Shown here: in pieces, positions 25,213-42,006 of the stretch
Position numbering within the stretch: position 1 is the first letter of the stretch
Layout: every line of letters begins with the position of its first letter
DNA from: Balanoglossus misakiensis
Lineage: Eukaryota > Animalia > Hemichordata
Length of the DNA: 64,000 nucleotides
Reading direction: 5' to 3'
Assembly: GCA_040954595.2 (NCBI GenBank)
Contig: CM082592.2
Coordinates: forward strand, 8,791,677 to 8,855,676
Program-made: the position numbers and the translations under genes
The notes under the pieces: generated by a model
What the model saw: the letters and a program-made list of their open reading frames with translations, nothing else
Databases searched by the model: none
Told to the model about the DNA's origin: nothing

Positions 25213-28200
25213 CTTTTTCTAAACTCTTCTTGCTTTGTTCCCATGGCACAGTAGGTTCCTTTGGCGTTTCATTTGGCATATACCAATTGGAATCTTCCTC
25301 GGCGATCAACTTTTCCACGTCCACCGGATTCTGACCCTTGGCCGCTTTGGACGCCTTGGATTTGGGACCGGCGGAGACTTTGGGGGGATTTTTGTACGGG
25401 AGGGGCCGGCTCTCGCTGATGTTGAACTGCTGCCTCTGCAACTGGATCTGCGCCTGGAGAATCTCCAGCGGGTGCGCTTCCGAGGGCTGGTTGTTGTTCA
25501 CCACCACCGCTGCGGGATATCCTGGATGAGGCACCATCGCCTGATTTCCCATTCCCGGCGGCGGCACGGAGACGCAGGACGTGGCCACGCAGACGGGTGT
25601 CACACAGGTGGCTGCTGCCGTGGTGCACAGACCGATGGAAGTGTTCGGATAGGAAGGAGTGTTGGGCGGCGCGATTGCACTGTTCGAGGCGGCCATGTCG
25701 CCCGCCAGGCAGTTCAAATCGTAGAAAGTCTGCTGCCCGTCCTGGCTGTTTTGACTGCTCGGCCGAGATTGAACGGCGTCGTGTACCGTGTCACTCACCC
25801 TCTCCTCCCTGTCGTTCACACTGCTGACACTGCCGGGGCAACTTGATATGTTATTTGCTGTTTCCTGGGAAACGGCAAAGGCGCTCGCTTCGGCGCTCGG
25901 TTTATTGTCCGGAATGGGGTTGTTGTTGTTATTGCTGGCTGACTCAACTGTAGGAGTTGACGGCTGCTGCAGCATCATCAGACCTGCGGGCACTTCATTT
26001 GGCGTACTTGCTGATGCAATCGGTTGACTCCGCGGGGAGCTGAGAGATGGAGGCGATGTTATCATCACTGGGGATTCAGAAGATATTGTTGCCAGGGTAA
26101 CCGCATCCAGAGGGCTTGAACTTTGGATTTCAGGGGGTGTGGGGAGCGCATTACCGGGTTTTTCATTAATACACGATTTCGCATTCTCTTGCTGTACTAC
26201 AACTGACTCGACTGATGTTACTTTTTGCTGCTCGCCATGTTCCGACTCGCTCATCAGAGAGGCTTCCTCCAGCAATTTGTTGGTTTGATCATCGATACTC
26301 CCAATAACAGAACTTTCCACACTGTTCACTTCTGTTTCCAGAGTTGAGAAGTCGCCCACGTCATTCCCTTTCTTCTTTTTCCGCCTCTGTTTTTTTGGGA
26401 CGTCCTCCCCCTCTTGCGACAGGTTTCGCTTCTTGGCCCTGGCTTTCCGTTTGGGTTTCGGCTCCGCTGGCATTTCCGGCACGGGCTCGTGCAGAAAGTT
26501 TTGGTACTGTAGGTGGAATGTTCCGGGCGACACACAGTTCGGCGTCTGTTGCCCGGCGTCCGTCACCGGGGAACACCCCATGCTGCTCAGATTGTCGATG
26601 GCTTGCGGATGGGTTTGGAAAGCGCAGTTCTGCTGAATGAACGGGGAGGGGACCATGCCGCCCATGGCGGGGAACTGACTGGGCACGGGCTCGTAATTCG
26701 GACTGTGCAGTCCGTTATCTGAAACGACATTGTACAGCTGATGGTTGATCGATCTTTGGACGGGGCTGTCCAGGTCAGCAATCATGTTTCTGCACGCTGC
26801 CGACAGTGCCGCTATGCAGTTCTGGCTGGATGTGGAAGCAGAGTCAGAATTGTGCGAGAGGTACTGCACGTGTCGGCTTTTCGACACTTCCTCTTGTTTT
26901 TCCTTCAGTGACTGCGTCATGCGCTGCAACTGCTTCACGGCGTTTGGGGAATCGGCACTCGGATTTTCGGCTACTGGGAAGCTGTCCTCCGTCTGTTTAA
27001 CCATTTCTTCAGTGGGGGTCAGGCTTTTTTCTAGTGTCACAGATTTTGTGTCGACACTGTCCGCATGGGTTTTGGACTCCTGGAAATCGCCAATGCTCAT
27101 GTTATCAATGGAATGAGGACTGTCGTTTGCCGGTGGAGTCGGGATCGATGGTATTGAGGACATTTGAATTGTGGACGTAGCGGTCGTCAGCGTTGGGGAC
27201 ATCACTGTTGTGTCCACTGTGCTTTGTTGGTGATTGTTCGATTTGCTGACTTGTGGTTGTTGTTGCTGCTGTTGTTGTTGTTGTGGGTTTCTCTCGGCAA
27301 CTAGCTGTTCGAAACTTGGCAGCTGGTTTTCGCTCATTTCCATATTTGGACTGTTGATGTTCTGCCCGTTGCTGATCAGCTCCTCCGCCGTGAAATTTTG
27401 ATCGGCGCTCATTACGATCTCTCCCGGCCCCTGCTGTGAAGGTTGCGAAACCCTCGGTGAGGCCATGTCTTCAGTCATCCCAGGGTAGCCGGTGAAAATC
27501 GGATTCCGGGAGAGCTTTGCCAACTTTTCTAATTCGGCGCTGAACACTAATTCCCCTCTCTTCTCTAGCAATTCGGGGTCATCCGTGAAAGCCAATTCGG
27601 AACTCAAATCCGCTGCCTCTTGGCTGTTTTCCAGACTGTGGTGGCTGTCCGGTACTGGCGCCGGATGGCCACTGGGCAGAGGGTTAACTTCACTCCATGC
27701 CGGATTGACCGGCTCACCGGTGTAATCCCGCTTCGCCATCGCCTGCAAAACTTTTGCGAACGACGCTTCCTGCGAGAGGGCAACGCGAGGACTGCGCGTG
27801 TTTCGTTCACTCGCGTTTGGGTACCTTCGGTTGCCATTCATTGAATCGGTGAAGTTCTGACCTTGACCGCTGGGAACGACGTTTGGAGCGGCGCTGGAAG
27901 CCGGAAAAGTTTCGGGATGGCTGTAACGGTATCTCTGCGTTTGCATGGCCGGAGTTCTGATTGGCGGATGCGCCATCCGTTGGGGAGGCCCGGAATCGGC
28001 CATTCCCATGGATTCGCTCATATGCGGCATACCGGCAAAATTGGGTGGAACAGGGTTTGTCGGGTGCCGTGCGTATCCCTGCATCTGTTCAGGCGGATAT
28101 TTGGGTTGACCAAGACCGTTTTCTAACATTGGTCCAAAATGTCTCAGTCTCTGCGAAGCACCCGGATTGGCATTTTGAAATTCCATCCCGCTTCTGTTGA

Positions 28201-29665
28201 TCCCGGTGTGCCCTGCCTTGTTAACAGTGTTTGGCATCCCTGAATTTGGCATATATCCCTGCTGTGGCGCTGGGTATCTGGGTTGGCCCCGCGAGTGGTT
28301 TCCTGGGTAACGTGGTAAGCCCTGCATATTGGGAACGTGAGAAATATTCGCCATATTGGCATTCCCGTTCAAATTACCCTGTGTGCCGTGAAACGTCGGT
28401 TTGGCGCAGTCAACGGATTGGAAATGGGGCTGGTTATTGTTAAAGTTGGCGGTCGGTCCGTATGGTGGGTTCCCGTTGCCCATGGCAAACTGGGGATGGC
28501 TCATCCTGGGTTGCATGTGTGGTGGGTACTGCCTCACCTGGGAGGTGGGGGCTGGGTTCGGTGAGTGCTGTTCGCTGAGTGCCGGCGGTGGATTTCCGTA
28601 CTGTTGATAAATCTGCGGCGGCAAATGGTGAAGCCGGCCGTTGTTTGCAGTCGTACTGCTGGAAGCCATTCCCTGATACTGGGAAGTCCCCGGGGCTGTA
28701 TGCCCTATAGATCCCTGTGGCATATATTCCAACGGCTTGCTTACGGAAGGGGCCATTGTCAAATTTCCAGTACTTCTGCCGTGCGAGTAGCCCAAGTTTT
28801 GCCCGTGCATGTGCGGACTGATCGAAGGTGGTTGCGAGTCTGTGCTCCGTTCATATATTCCTGGCAAAGTTGTGTCCACGTTTTGGGCGTTGGAATGACC
28901 GGTTTGGCTTGGAGTGGGATAGAATGGCTGCACGTTATTTCCCATGCTTGATCCATTTTGCGTTATCCCTCTGTTTGCAGGGAAGTTATTGTACTGAGTC
29001 CGCATATTGATGTTGTCAGCGGGAAAGGAATTTGTACGCTGATACGTGGCCCCGTGACTTTGTAACGTGGGTGTAACTTGCGGACAGGGATCGGAAACAC
29101 GTCTAGTTCGTCCGTAAGAATCGACATGACACTCGCCCTGGTGAATATTCTGGTGAAGACCGGGGCTGAACACGGATTCGGTCGACGGGGGGAAATCCTC
29201 GCCTATAGCCGAATCGCTAACTGACGGCTGAGTCGAACGGGGCCTACCTTGAACGCTGGCTTGATCGTCGTACGGGAAGCTATCCATGCTCGCACGGCCG
29301 TGGCTCAGCGGGCTGAACGTCTGGTTGCCGCTGTTCATGTCGACGGGCATTCTGCCGTGTTGGTGCATGGCTCGAACTTGGTGTCCCTGAGCGTTGGTGA
29401 AGGGAAAACTGAATTCGCCATTCGGTGGAACTTGCCCGCTGAGTAGCGCATTGTCTAAGTCGCTGCATTCAAAACCCTTCATGTTTTCAGCCAGCAGAGC
29501 GTCGGAATGCGCTACCATGCCATTGGCGCCGTTGTGGTACCCTTCCTGCTGCACTCGCTGGTTCGGGAAATCGTAGTTCTGCACTGGAACAGGGTGATCG
29601 ACTGTTGTCGCCCCTACTTGTGAATGATGACCCCTTCCGGCCGCTGGGTTAGTCGATGTAAACAT
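25213..29665 (-). CDS. MN1: MN1 (meningioma 1) transcriptional co-activator homologue, giant first coding exon (~1484 codons). It either splices at 25213 or reads through to the stop at 25166.
   Basis: Uninterrupted, low-complexity Q/P/S/N-rich ORF carrying MN1-like blocks: HPLEILQAQIQLQRQQFNISE, VDVEKLIAEEDSNWYMP, VPWEQ, SQNCIAALSAACRNMIADL, ASQRLRHF, a Q9 tract and a K/R-rich NLS. First ATG is at 29665 in ACCATGT context (MFT...); the track's start at 29695 is a GTG. Donor-like AAG|GTAATT follows 25213. Confidence 0.9.
27257..27283 (-). repeat. CAA/CAG repeat encoding Q9 within MN1
   Basis: (TTG)3(CTG)2(TTG)4 on the + strand; vertebrate MN1 also has polyQ tracts. Confidence 0.9.
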
Positions 29666-30204
29666 GGTCTCCTTTATCAGTTTAGGCCCGCCCACAGTAT
29701 CGATTATCAGATCGACACTTCTGATACAAAATTCTCAACAAACTCACGATCGAGATCACGCTTGTCGCAGATATGCAGAGTTGGGGACATACCCAGCTGC
29801 TAACTCGAGACGAATCAGAGCAAAACAAATCAAAGTGTTGAGTAAAGTTGTAAATTCAGCGGTCGTTATTGGAACAGAAGGCTACTGGCTCGTCATTATG
29901 TGATAGATTCCACACCCTGTGTTAGCTTACACTTGGTGAATACACCCGCTGTAGTAATATACACACAGTGATAGCAGTCTTTCTTACGAGACCCTACTAC
30001 ACGCCATTATGATGCGTAGGAGGGAGCGACCCCACTTCGTTCATCCAAGTTTCCACATCCTCGATTTCGATGAAAACACACAAAAGTTGACTACTGGTCA
30101 GAAGTTCAACAGTTTCTTCGGCCTCGGTCCACGCTGGAGCTGCCTTGGCAATTTACAAACCAAGATTATTGTCAATTTCAGCCTCGACGGCCATAATGGT
30201 CGCT

Positions 30205-30240
30205 ATACTCTGCGCATGCTTGGCACATACCAATAGAGTA
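30205..30240 (-). promoter_or_regulatory. Probable MN1 proximal promoter (NRF1-like and CCAAT motifs)
   Basis: TGCGCATGC at 30211-30219 and CCAAT at 30230-30234, about 550 bp upstream of the ATG in CpG-richer sequence. The TSS is not directly observable. Confidence 0.4.
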
Positions 30241-33200
30241 GAGGTATAAAAGGGTCAACCCAAATTATTTTTCACCGAAATACTTTTGTTGACGCTTAAC
30301 TAAAGTTTGTGGTCAGAATCTGCATTTCTCTGCCCATACTTTCATCCAACAGAGAGCTGGGGAAACCACTGAATATCGAGGGAAATGCTAATAAAAGTTG
30401 CATGCATTAAAAAAAATATCACATCGTCAGTCCATTGTTCCTCTGGGTGCAAAACTGGGTCGCTGCAGTTACGCGAAAATGAGCGCCGTGATTTTGACAC
30501 CTTAAAGTAAACATTCACGCCCAGCCTCTTTCTTTATATCTTGGAAGTCTATTTGCATTACTGATGAAGCCACTCGAAAGCAGCTCTCTGGGAAACGGCA
30601 ACTGTGATTCGATGAATATTACTAAAAACAGAGCCAATGGAGGTCAGCGCTCGGCGGCGAGCAGTCCATTTGGCACGCGTGCACAAGCGGGATGTCTTTT
30701 TTCTGCAACTCGGCAGAACTCCAAGACGTGAGAAAAATATTAAATAGCAATAGCTGGGCTATCCGGTGTCAACAAGGGCGCAGAAAGTTTAACTCTGGAC
30801 GCCGACTCAGTGTAGTTACACCTGACGTTACGACAATAGAGCATTCACATATAACCCCTTTATGTTTTCTTTCATGGGAAGTTAATTGTATGCAAATCTC
30901 GTTTGCATGTGTCAAAACTGCTAAGTATGGGCCGAGCACTACTTAGAAAACCAAACACAAACGTTTTAATTACCCATTCGCCTACGAATTTTATCGACCA
31001 TTTTCGCGTTCCCGCGTAAACTGTCATTATCTTTATTGCTATCTGTGGTGCTAAGTAGCGTGAAATTGAAAACAAAAGCACGATAATACAGTCTCGTCGT
31101 GTCGTTGAGACGGAGAAAATCGAAGTTACCCATCCTCAATGATATCGCAGTTTAATCTTACTCTGTTTACGAATAAAAGTTGTCATCGTGTTATATTTTG
31201 ATAAATTACATGTATATACAACTAGGCCTATATTTCGCCGGAAAGAATAATTGGGTAAATAAACATAATCAATAATAAAAACACACAAAAAAGAAATCAA
31301 AATCGAGTTTTTTTTTCATGCATCAGGCAAGGCGTAGAGGGCGTTCTAGAGTATCGCGCGTCAACGCACAAAGTTGGTGGGAGAGATGTAATTTTTTCGC
31401 ATTACAACGTTTTTTATACAGATAAAATGTCAATAAAATGAAGAAAATTTCGATACAATTTATTTTATAATGGACGTCTTGTATATTTCTTAAACCCATT
31501 AACACATACGAAATACAGAACCATGCATGGAAACCATACTATTAACCATGTTTAATGACGGTTCTGGACGACGGTGTTATCTTTCAAATTGCTTCAGTCA
31601 TTTTGAAACGTTGACGGAATTCGTGTGGCCTGGTGATAAATCGTGGGCGTATGTGTCTACTGGAAGGATATTTTATGGGGAGTTTTCATCGGTCGTGTGT
31701 GTGTACACACATCTGCATGGTCTGTGCTTCGTTTCACGTTGAAATGTTCTATCGACGGAAGCGTCGTTGACAGATGTGTTGCAAATGAGGGCATTTACGG
31801 AAATCATTGAGCCATGCCCGCAGAAATGTTAGTTTTACAGTCCAGTACGACTTTGTAAAAGTGCAAAAAAAAAACCTTCGCGGCACAAGCCAGATGCACC
31901 TCTCAATGTGAATAATTTACGCGTGATTGATTCTAACATTAAAGCGTGATAATTTAGTTATTTGGGATAGGACACTGAAACGATATGTAGACGAAACAGC
32001 GCACATATGAAGAACTTATGGCGGCTGCAGCGAAATGCTCCTCAAGTGTAATCGACGTTTGATTGATGGCTTCGCGTAAGGATGCGAGTAACGCGTTGTT
32101 TGTTTACCGTCCGGGGAATGTTTATTTCATCTGCCAAACGAACATGTGGATGGAGCGTTGGCAGACATCGCTCACTCGGTCATAACTGTGCCACCAAGCC
32201 AGTGCCTATTATGTCACCGGGATCAGATTTCAGAAGGGCGGTTCAAAATATCCCGATAAACAGGGGGTGAGTTTTAGAGACGGCTTCATTACAAAAAACG
32301 CCCATCCATCTTTGTTTCTTAAAACCAACTTGTACAAGAATTCCATCAGTATATCTGTAACCCATCTTTTTTTGCGTGGTGAATACCCTTGATCATGCTA
32401 CGTACTTCTTCAAGTCCAGTAATAAGCTGATAAGATATCTGAAGACACTTCTAATATACCGACCTCATTATAGGTGCATTAATACAGACATACTGGCACG
32501 GTGAACGTGTCCGACTACTGGCTCAGGCGGTGAATCAATAGTTTGAAACATCCACGTTTGACCAAGGGCTACCAAGCAACCAACTAAGAAATCAATCAAT
32601 CAATACAGAATTAATCAATCAATCAATACATACACAAATCACAGAGCAAGTGATGTACTTATGCTATGGTTCGCAGCACTTTGAAAAAAGTAAAGAAACT
32701 GTCGGGAGATTACATCATTATTAGGATAAAAGTGATAGTACAGACATGCAAAATCAGGCTAATTGAGAAAAGTTCACACTTGGACGCAACAGTAACCTTC
32801 GGACGGGGAAACTAAATCCCGCTGCCAGTGTATAAAGCGCCTGTGCTCTACATGGGGCATATCCGATGTATGACTGTATGTACGCCTACAATAGACGCGT
32901 CTCGTCGCTATTTTGTTTTGATGAAACAAGTGTCGTTCTCCATAGTGCGAGGACAGGAAATGAAGAAAAAAAGTACAAGGGACACCCGCGAAGACGATGA
33001 AACGTGCGACAGAGAGAAAAAAAGAGAAATTTTTATGCATGAAGGGAAGGAGTTTGAATTCGGTTTCAAGGTCTGTAACTTCATCGCCTGCACGTTTTAA
33101 AGCGTGAGTCATAGGCCTACTGACGTAATAATTGACTGAAAATAGCGATGATAATGAGGAGGAAGGGAAAATTTCCGACTGTTCAGCGTGAGATTCAATT

Positions 33201-33875
33201 TTAATGTGAGGACGTACACGACAACTAGAATGCCGACAAATTGTGCGACCTTGAGGCGGTAATGGGTCAGCCTCGCTTCCGCTGTACCAATTGTCAGGGT
33301 GCGCGTGTGGAAATGAATGTATTTCGTCAATAGATGTCCACCCCACGAACTGTACAATAGATTAAGAAAACTTTTGCATTGAAGCAAAACTGTGCAAACA
33401 ATGGAGGAGGGGTCAATGAAACGATAATTGTCCCAGCGCACAGTTGGAATCATGTCACCATGGGAACTGTGCATAGTTTTGGTATGATGTAGACGCCAGG
33501 CGATACATTTGCAAGATCGACTCTAGGCGGCGCTGTACCACCACTTTCAACAGCACAGTATACACGGTCAGATTAAATGGGGATACACTTTATTTTATAA
33601 CATGAAAAAGAAATGATAACAAAAACATTTACAAGGTGGACTAACAATGTTGTTATTGTGACATCTTCCATTGTTAAGAGTACAACAGGGAGAAAGTTGT
33701 CGGTGACATTGTCCAAGCCATAATTGCGACCTTTCACCTCTTCACCAGGTCACAATCATTCCACTGACAAATCCTGACACCATATTGTTTCAGATTTCAA
33801 ATATTTACATAATAATACAAAATGTGATTGAAAACTAAAAGATTATGAACAATATGTATAAATATTTTTTCTTTT

Positions 33876-36430
<2,555 letters not shown>

Positions 36431-37027
36431 ATTGTTCCTAATTTGTGAATGAAAACACTATCAAAACACAACTCTCCGTCGTTCGATCGCTGCAACTCTT
36501 TCTGTACCGTTCCTGGGCGTCCAATATGGCGGGTATCCTAGATACAAAAATTTGCATATTACCTTATTTGAATACAACGCCACCAACGGCAAACTGTACA
36601 TCATGGCAGGTTTTTTTTTACATGTACTTCAATCTCTGAACCCCTTTAAACCCTACTTTTCCCTTTCTGGCTGTCACAGCGCAGACGCTACAATTTAAAG
36701 TGTAAGGCTGTATATATTCTATAATCTGCCATTTACACAGCGAGAGGTTTTACTAAGAAAAATCAGTGGTTCTGGTAAATTTTACCATCTAATGCATACT
36801 CCCAGCCATAACTTAATACAGCATATGGGGGAAAAAGTTGATTATCGAGCGGAACTCATTTCTGATCGCAACATTAAAGTAGGTCAAATGCAAATTTTAC
36901 TACAGTAGCGCTCACCTATTTAAGGTTTAAACAAGTGGGGTTTTACTTTCACACCGTTAATCGATAGGTTAAGATCAAAGGTCACGGTTTACGCATACAG
37001 ATAATCCTTTCGTAGCTCGCGGCTTCC
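36431..37027. promoter_or_regulatory. Bidirectional promoter region between CFAP119 and cytidine deaminase copy 1
   Basis: Head-to-head starts about 600 bp apart; X-box-like GTATCCTAGATAC at 36533-36545 and AATATGGCGG (YY1-like) beside it. Confidence 0.6.
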
Positions 37028-37075
37028 ATGTTGACAGCGTCCCACACGGAACGCAACAAGGAAGGCACGATCTCC

Positions 37076-38819
<1,744 letters not shown>

Positions 38820-39537
38820 ACACTGTTGTCAGTCGCACATGGGTTTTGAATTTTCAGTTCCTTTGCCTTTTGGAACATTTTTGGGTCTTGTTTTTTTTGC
38901 TAATAGGCCTACTATTAATATTACCGGAGCGCAGATTGTTCGACCTAGTTGTGAGGTATAGGGAGGGCATGGTACCAATGACCCCGTTGATTTGAGATTG
39001 GATTTGCTTATCATTGCAGGCTGAGTGATTGCCTTTATGACCGTTGTTTGACAGGTCATGGTACTTTAAGTCTGCCAAACGGCGATTTTCGATTTTCAAC
39101 GATTTCATTTTATTCTCACGTGAACAGAACAATAAAAATGTTATGCTAATCTGATTTCAATTTCTGTCGAAAGACGCCACTTCCCCTTTACATTGCACGC
39201 TTACGAACTATATATAATGGCAAGGGTATGACGATGACGTATCTATAGGCCTATATATACAGACCGATTATGGGACGGTCCCAAACCATTATTTCCCCGG
39301 ACTTTTTTTTCCGTGGGACGTACCTTTTCTTTTGGGGCCTCAATTCTCAAGTGTTGTGTCCAAAGGTAAATGGGGCCAGTTCATGTACAACACTCGTGAG
39401 GTGACTGATTGAAAACAAATAATACCCATCATGCCATAGAAACGAAAACTGGCGGATCTCGCGCTATACTTCATCACGTGGTACAACTAGAGTTTGCCAG
39501 AAACCTGACGAAAACACAAGCAGCAGTTTCAGTTGCT

Positions 39538-40952
39538 ATGGAGTCCAACGGTAAGCTGTTCTGCTGTTGCTCTCATCATGGGAATGCCCTATAGTGAGTG
39601 TATGTTTAGCTGTGTGTTGCACGGTGGTGGTGACCGCAACGAGAACGACTTGATAATTTGTACTATAGACCCTGTATTTCTCCGGGGCGGGGTGTATGAA
39701 CAAACCAACCCCTACACACACGACCATAGCCTTATACAAACATGTGTTCTTTTATTTCTTGGTGCAGAAGATATTCAAAGGCTGCTAGTTGAATGCCAGA
39801 AGGCGAAGGAAAATGCATACTGTCTCTATAGCAACTTCAGAGTAGGCTGCGCTTTACTCACGGAAAATGGACAACTTTATACCGGTGAGCTATTAACAAC
39901 CTGGTGACTAAATTTCTTCATAAGCCCCCAAAGTTATCGATTGAAGCACGGCTCAACAGTGTTTGAAGGGAGCGTGATTGAAGTCCATCTTTCCACAAAA
40001 GTACACTTTATGACATCCGTAAATTCAAACTGAGTTGAAGTAACTGTTGTTCAAACACTTCAAAGTATGATAAAATGTATTATTCTTGGTGTACTCTGGC
40101 CTTTCAACGGACTGTGCTCTTGTTCATGTTGATCTAGTTTCTTTTTCTACTTAATTGCATACAAAGCTTGACCTGGATTACTTGGTCAGCAACCCTTTGC
40201 TACGGTAGTTAAGCAAGTCTCGCCAGATCTCGCGGTGAGCGGAAAATCGTCTATTAATAATGCATGCACCTATAATAACACGCACCGACTTCAAAAGCGT
40301 CTGTGCTTGCGACTGGGCGTGTCAATGAATGCTTTTCGCTAAAATGCTGCTTTTTGCGCCGTTGTTTCGAGGTTCAAACGTGGAAAACGCTTCTTATGGC
40401 TTATGCATGTGTGCAGAACGGGCAGCTATAATCAAGGCAGTTACAGAGGGCCATCAAAAGTTCAAAGCCATAGCTATTGGAACGTAAGTATTTTTTTTCT
40501 CTTTCTGGAGTTATTGAAAGAAACAGTTTGTGTATATCAAGATTTAAGCTGATCTGGGTATTCTCTCTAGTGGAGATCGAAGTTGACGTTTTCCATTTGA
40601 TCATTCCTAGGGATATTAAGGACAAATTCAAAGGACCGTGTGGAGCATGCCGACAGGTGTTTGTAGAGGTGAGGGTCCGTTTCCTATTCAAGAAGCATGC
40701 TTACAACTCATATATTTGGGCAAGACAAGTCCCACACAAATGACGTGCGATCTCTCTGTGTGACCTGTCCTTATTTGGACCGACTTCTGTCCAAATGTGC
40801 TTCAACCACACATTCTCTTCCCTTTATCATTCCAGTTCGGCGAGTTTGATATTTTCCTTGTCAAGCCAGACTTATCATACATGAAGTTTCCACAGGACCA
40901 ACTCTTGCCCATGGGGTTTGGGCCGAAGGATCTGCTAGCCGACAAGGTTTAG
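39538..40952 (+). CDS. CDA: Cytidine deaminase, homotetrameric type, copy 2 (138 aa, 5 exons)
   Basis: Exons 39538-39550, 39768-39884, 40372-40483, 40611-40668 and 40836-40952, with sizes 13/117/112/58/117 identical to copy 1. CAER and PCGAC zinc motifs are intact. Confidence 0.93.
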
Positions 40953-41140
40953 TGCAACACCCCCGGGTTTCAGTTGCGGTTCCCGAAAAAGAAGCGTCGG
41001 TGACATCGTGCGATTATAATAAAATCGGTCTAATGAATCTCAAGTCTTGTCACCTTGTTATTTTTACTCACGCCCTTGCAATGCGAGTACTTAGTGACAA
41101 TATAATATTTCGTCGCGAAGTAAATATTCACACAAGGTAC

Positions 41141-41319
41141 CTGTAAATCGTGCCACGTCGGATTCTTGGGCGACATCCCTCAGAACGATGTGACCGGCCT
41201 CAAGTCCACGTCGCTGTCTTCGGCTACCATCTCAATAAGCCCGAACGGGTCGACATTGCCCCTCGCATATATATAGCAACCACGATGGAATATCTGCCTG
41301 TCCCTTTTCGTACACTGCG
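41141..41319 (-). pseudogene. Frameshifted relic of a CRTAC1-family exon (equivalent to exon 3 of the neighbouring gene)
   Basis: Three reading frames give RKGTGRYSIVVA / YARGNVDPFGLIEMVAEDSDVD / AGHIVLRDVAQESDVARFTG, ending at ACAG|GTACCT. This aligns to RRGTGTYGFFLANYNSGNVGPFALIEMNEALSDVAEGIIALHDVAEEAGTNKLTG (43945-43760) with the same phase-1 donor. Confidence 0.85.
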
Positions 41320-42006
41320 GTCTGGATACCAGGCTAAACGCTACTGCGGCTGGGATGGCATCACGCGTTGTGGTCTCGCTTTCGTCTGTCCTAGCACGGA
41401 GAAACGTCTGGGGTGTTTTTTTGCACTATCCGCCCACCTGGCCAAATTCGCAGGGTACACCGGCCGGTCAGAGCAAACGCGAAATATCGATGCATACTTG
41501 AATAAATTTTGTCACACCTGCTCGTGGTCTGTTGTGCCATGTGAACAATATTTGCATATTACGAAACTACTGCCCCTGGCTTCATGTAAGGTTCGTCTGT
41601 GTGATGTAAGCTGCGCGCATGCTTCACTATATTAAAATTATACCATGATATAGGTATTGGCAAGCTGAGAAAATTTACTTAGTTTTGATACACTCCAGTA
41701 ACCCAACTATTTCGTGGTAGAATAGCGAAGACGTTCATTCAACAAAAATTCCAAGAAATGGTTAAACCTATATTGATATCGGACAGGTAAAAGAAAATTG
41801 TTAGTGCTGGTTCTCTAATAGCGTTCGTGTCCTTTTTTGCAAAACTGATTTATATCGAAAACAATGTTTTGTGTTCCTTTCAATGCCATGATATGTAAGT
41901 AAAGTTGTTCTGTGGTGTTACGCCGTTAACTACAAATATTGAGCCTGGCTGGTCAGTGAAAATGTTAAATCCTAGCATTTGTAAAGTGAAGTGTCTCAGT
42001 CGCCGA

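Noticed and set aside
25235-29576. Many overlapping ORFs on both strands inside the MN1 exon (e.g. 25235-25846, 203 aa)
   Set aside because: Shadow frames of a GC-richer coding exon, with no recognisable motifs.
29666-29695. ORF-track start of the 1509-aa protein at 29695
   Set aside because: It is a GTG called under prokaryotic rules; the first ATG with good Kozak context is at 29665.
32774-33474. 190-aa and 121-aa ORFs between MN1 and CFAP119
   Set aside because: No recognisable homology or exon structure; compatible with chance ORFs.
40953-40970. GGVA-like codons on the - strand that might be the next CRTAC1 relic exon (GRGVAVG)
   Set aside because: Only 3-4 residues match and there is no acceptor; indistinguishable from chance.
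41150-41635. 161-aa + strand ORF after CDA copy 2
   Set aside because: GTG start and no family resemblance; explained as the antisense shadow of the CRTAC1 pseudo-exon plus flanking sequence.
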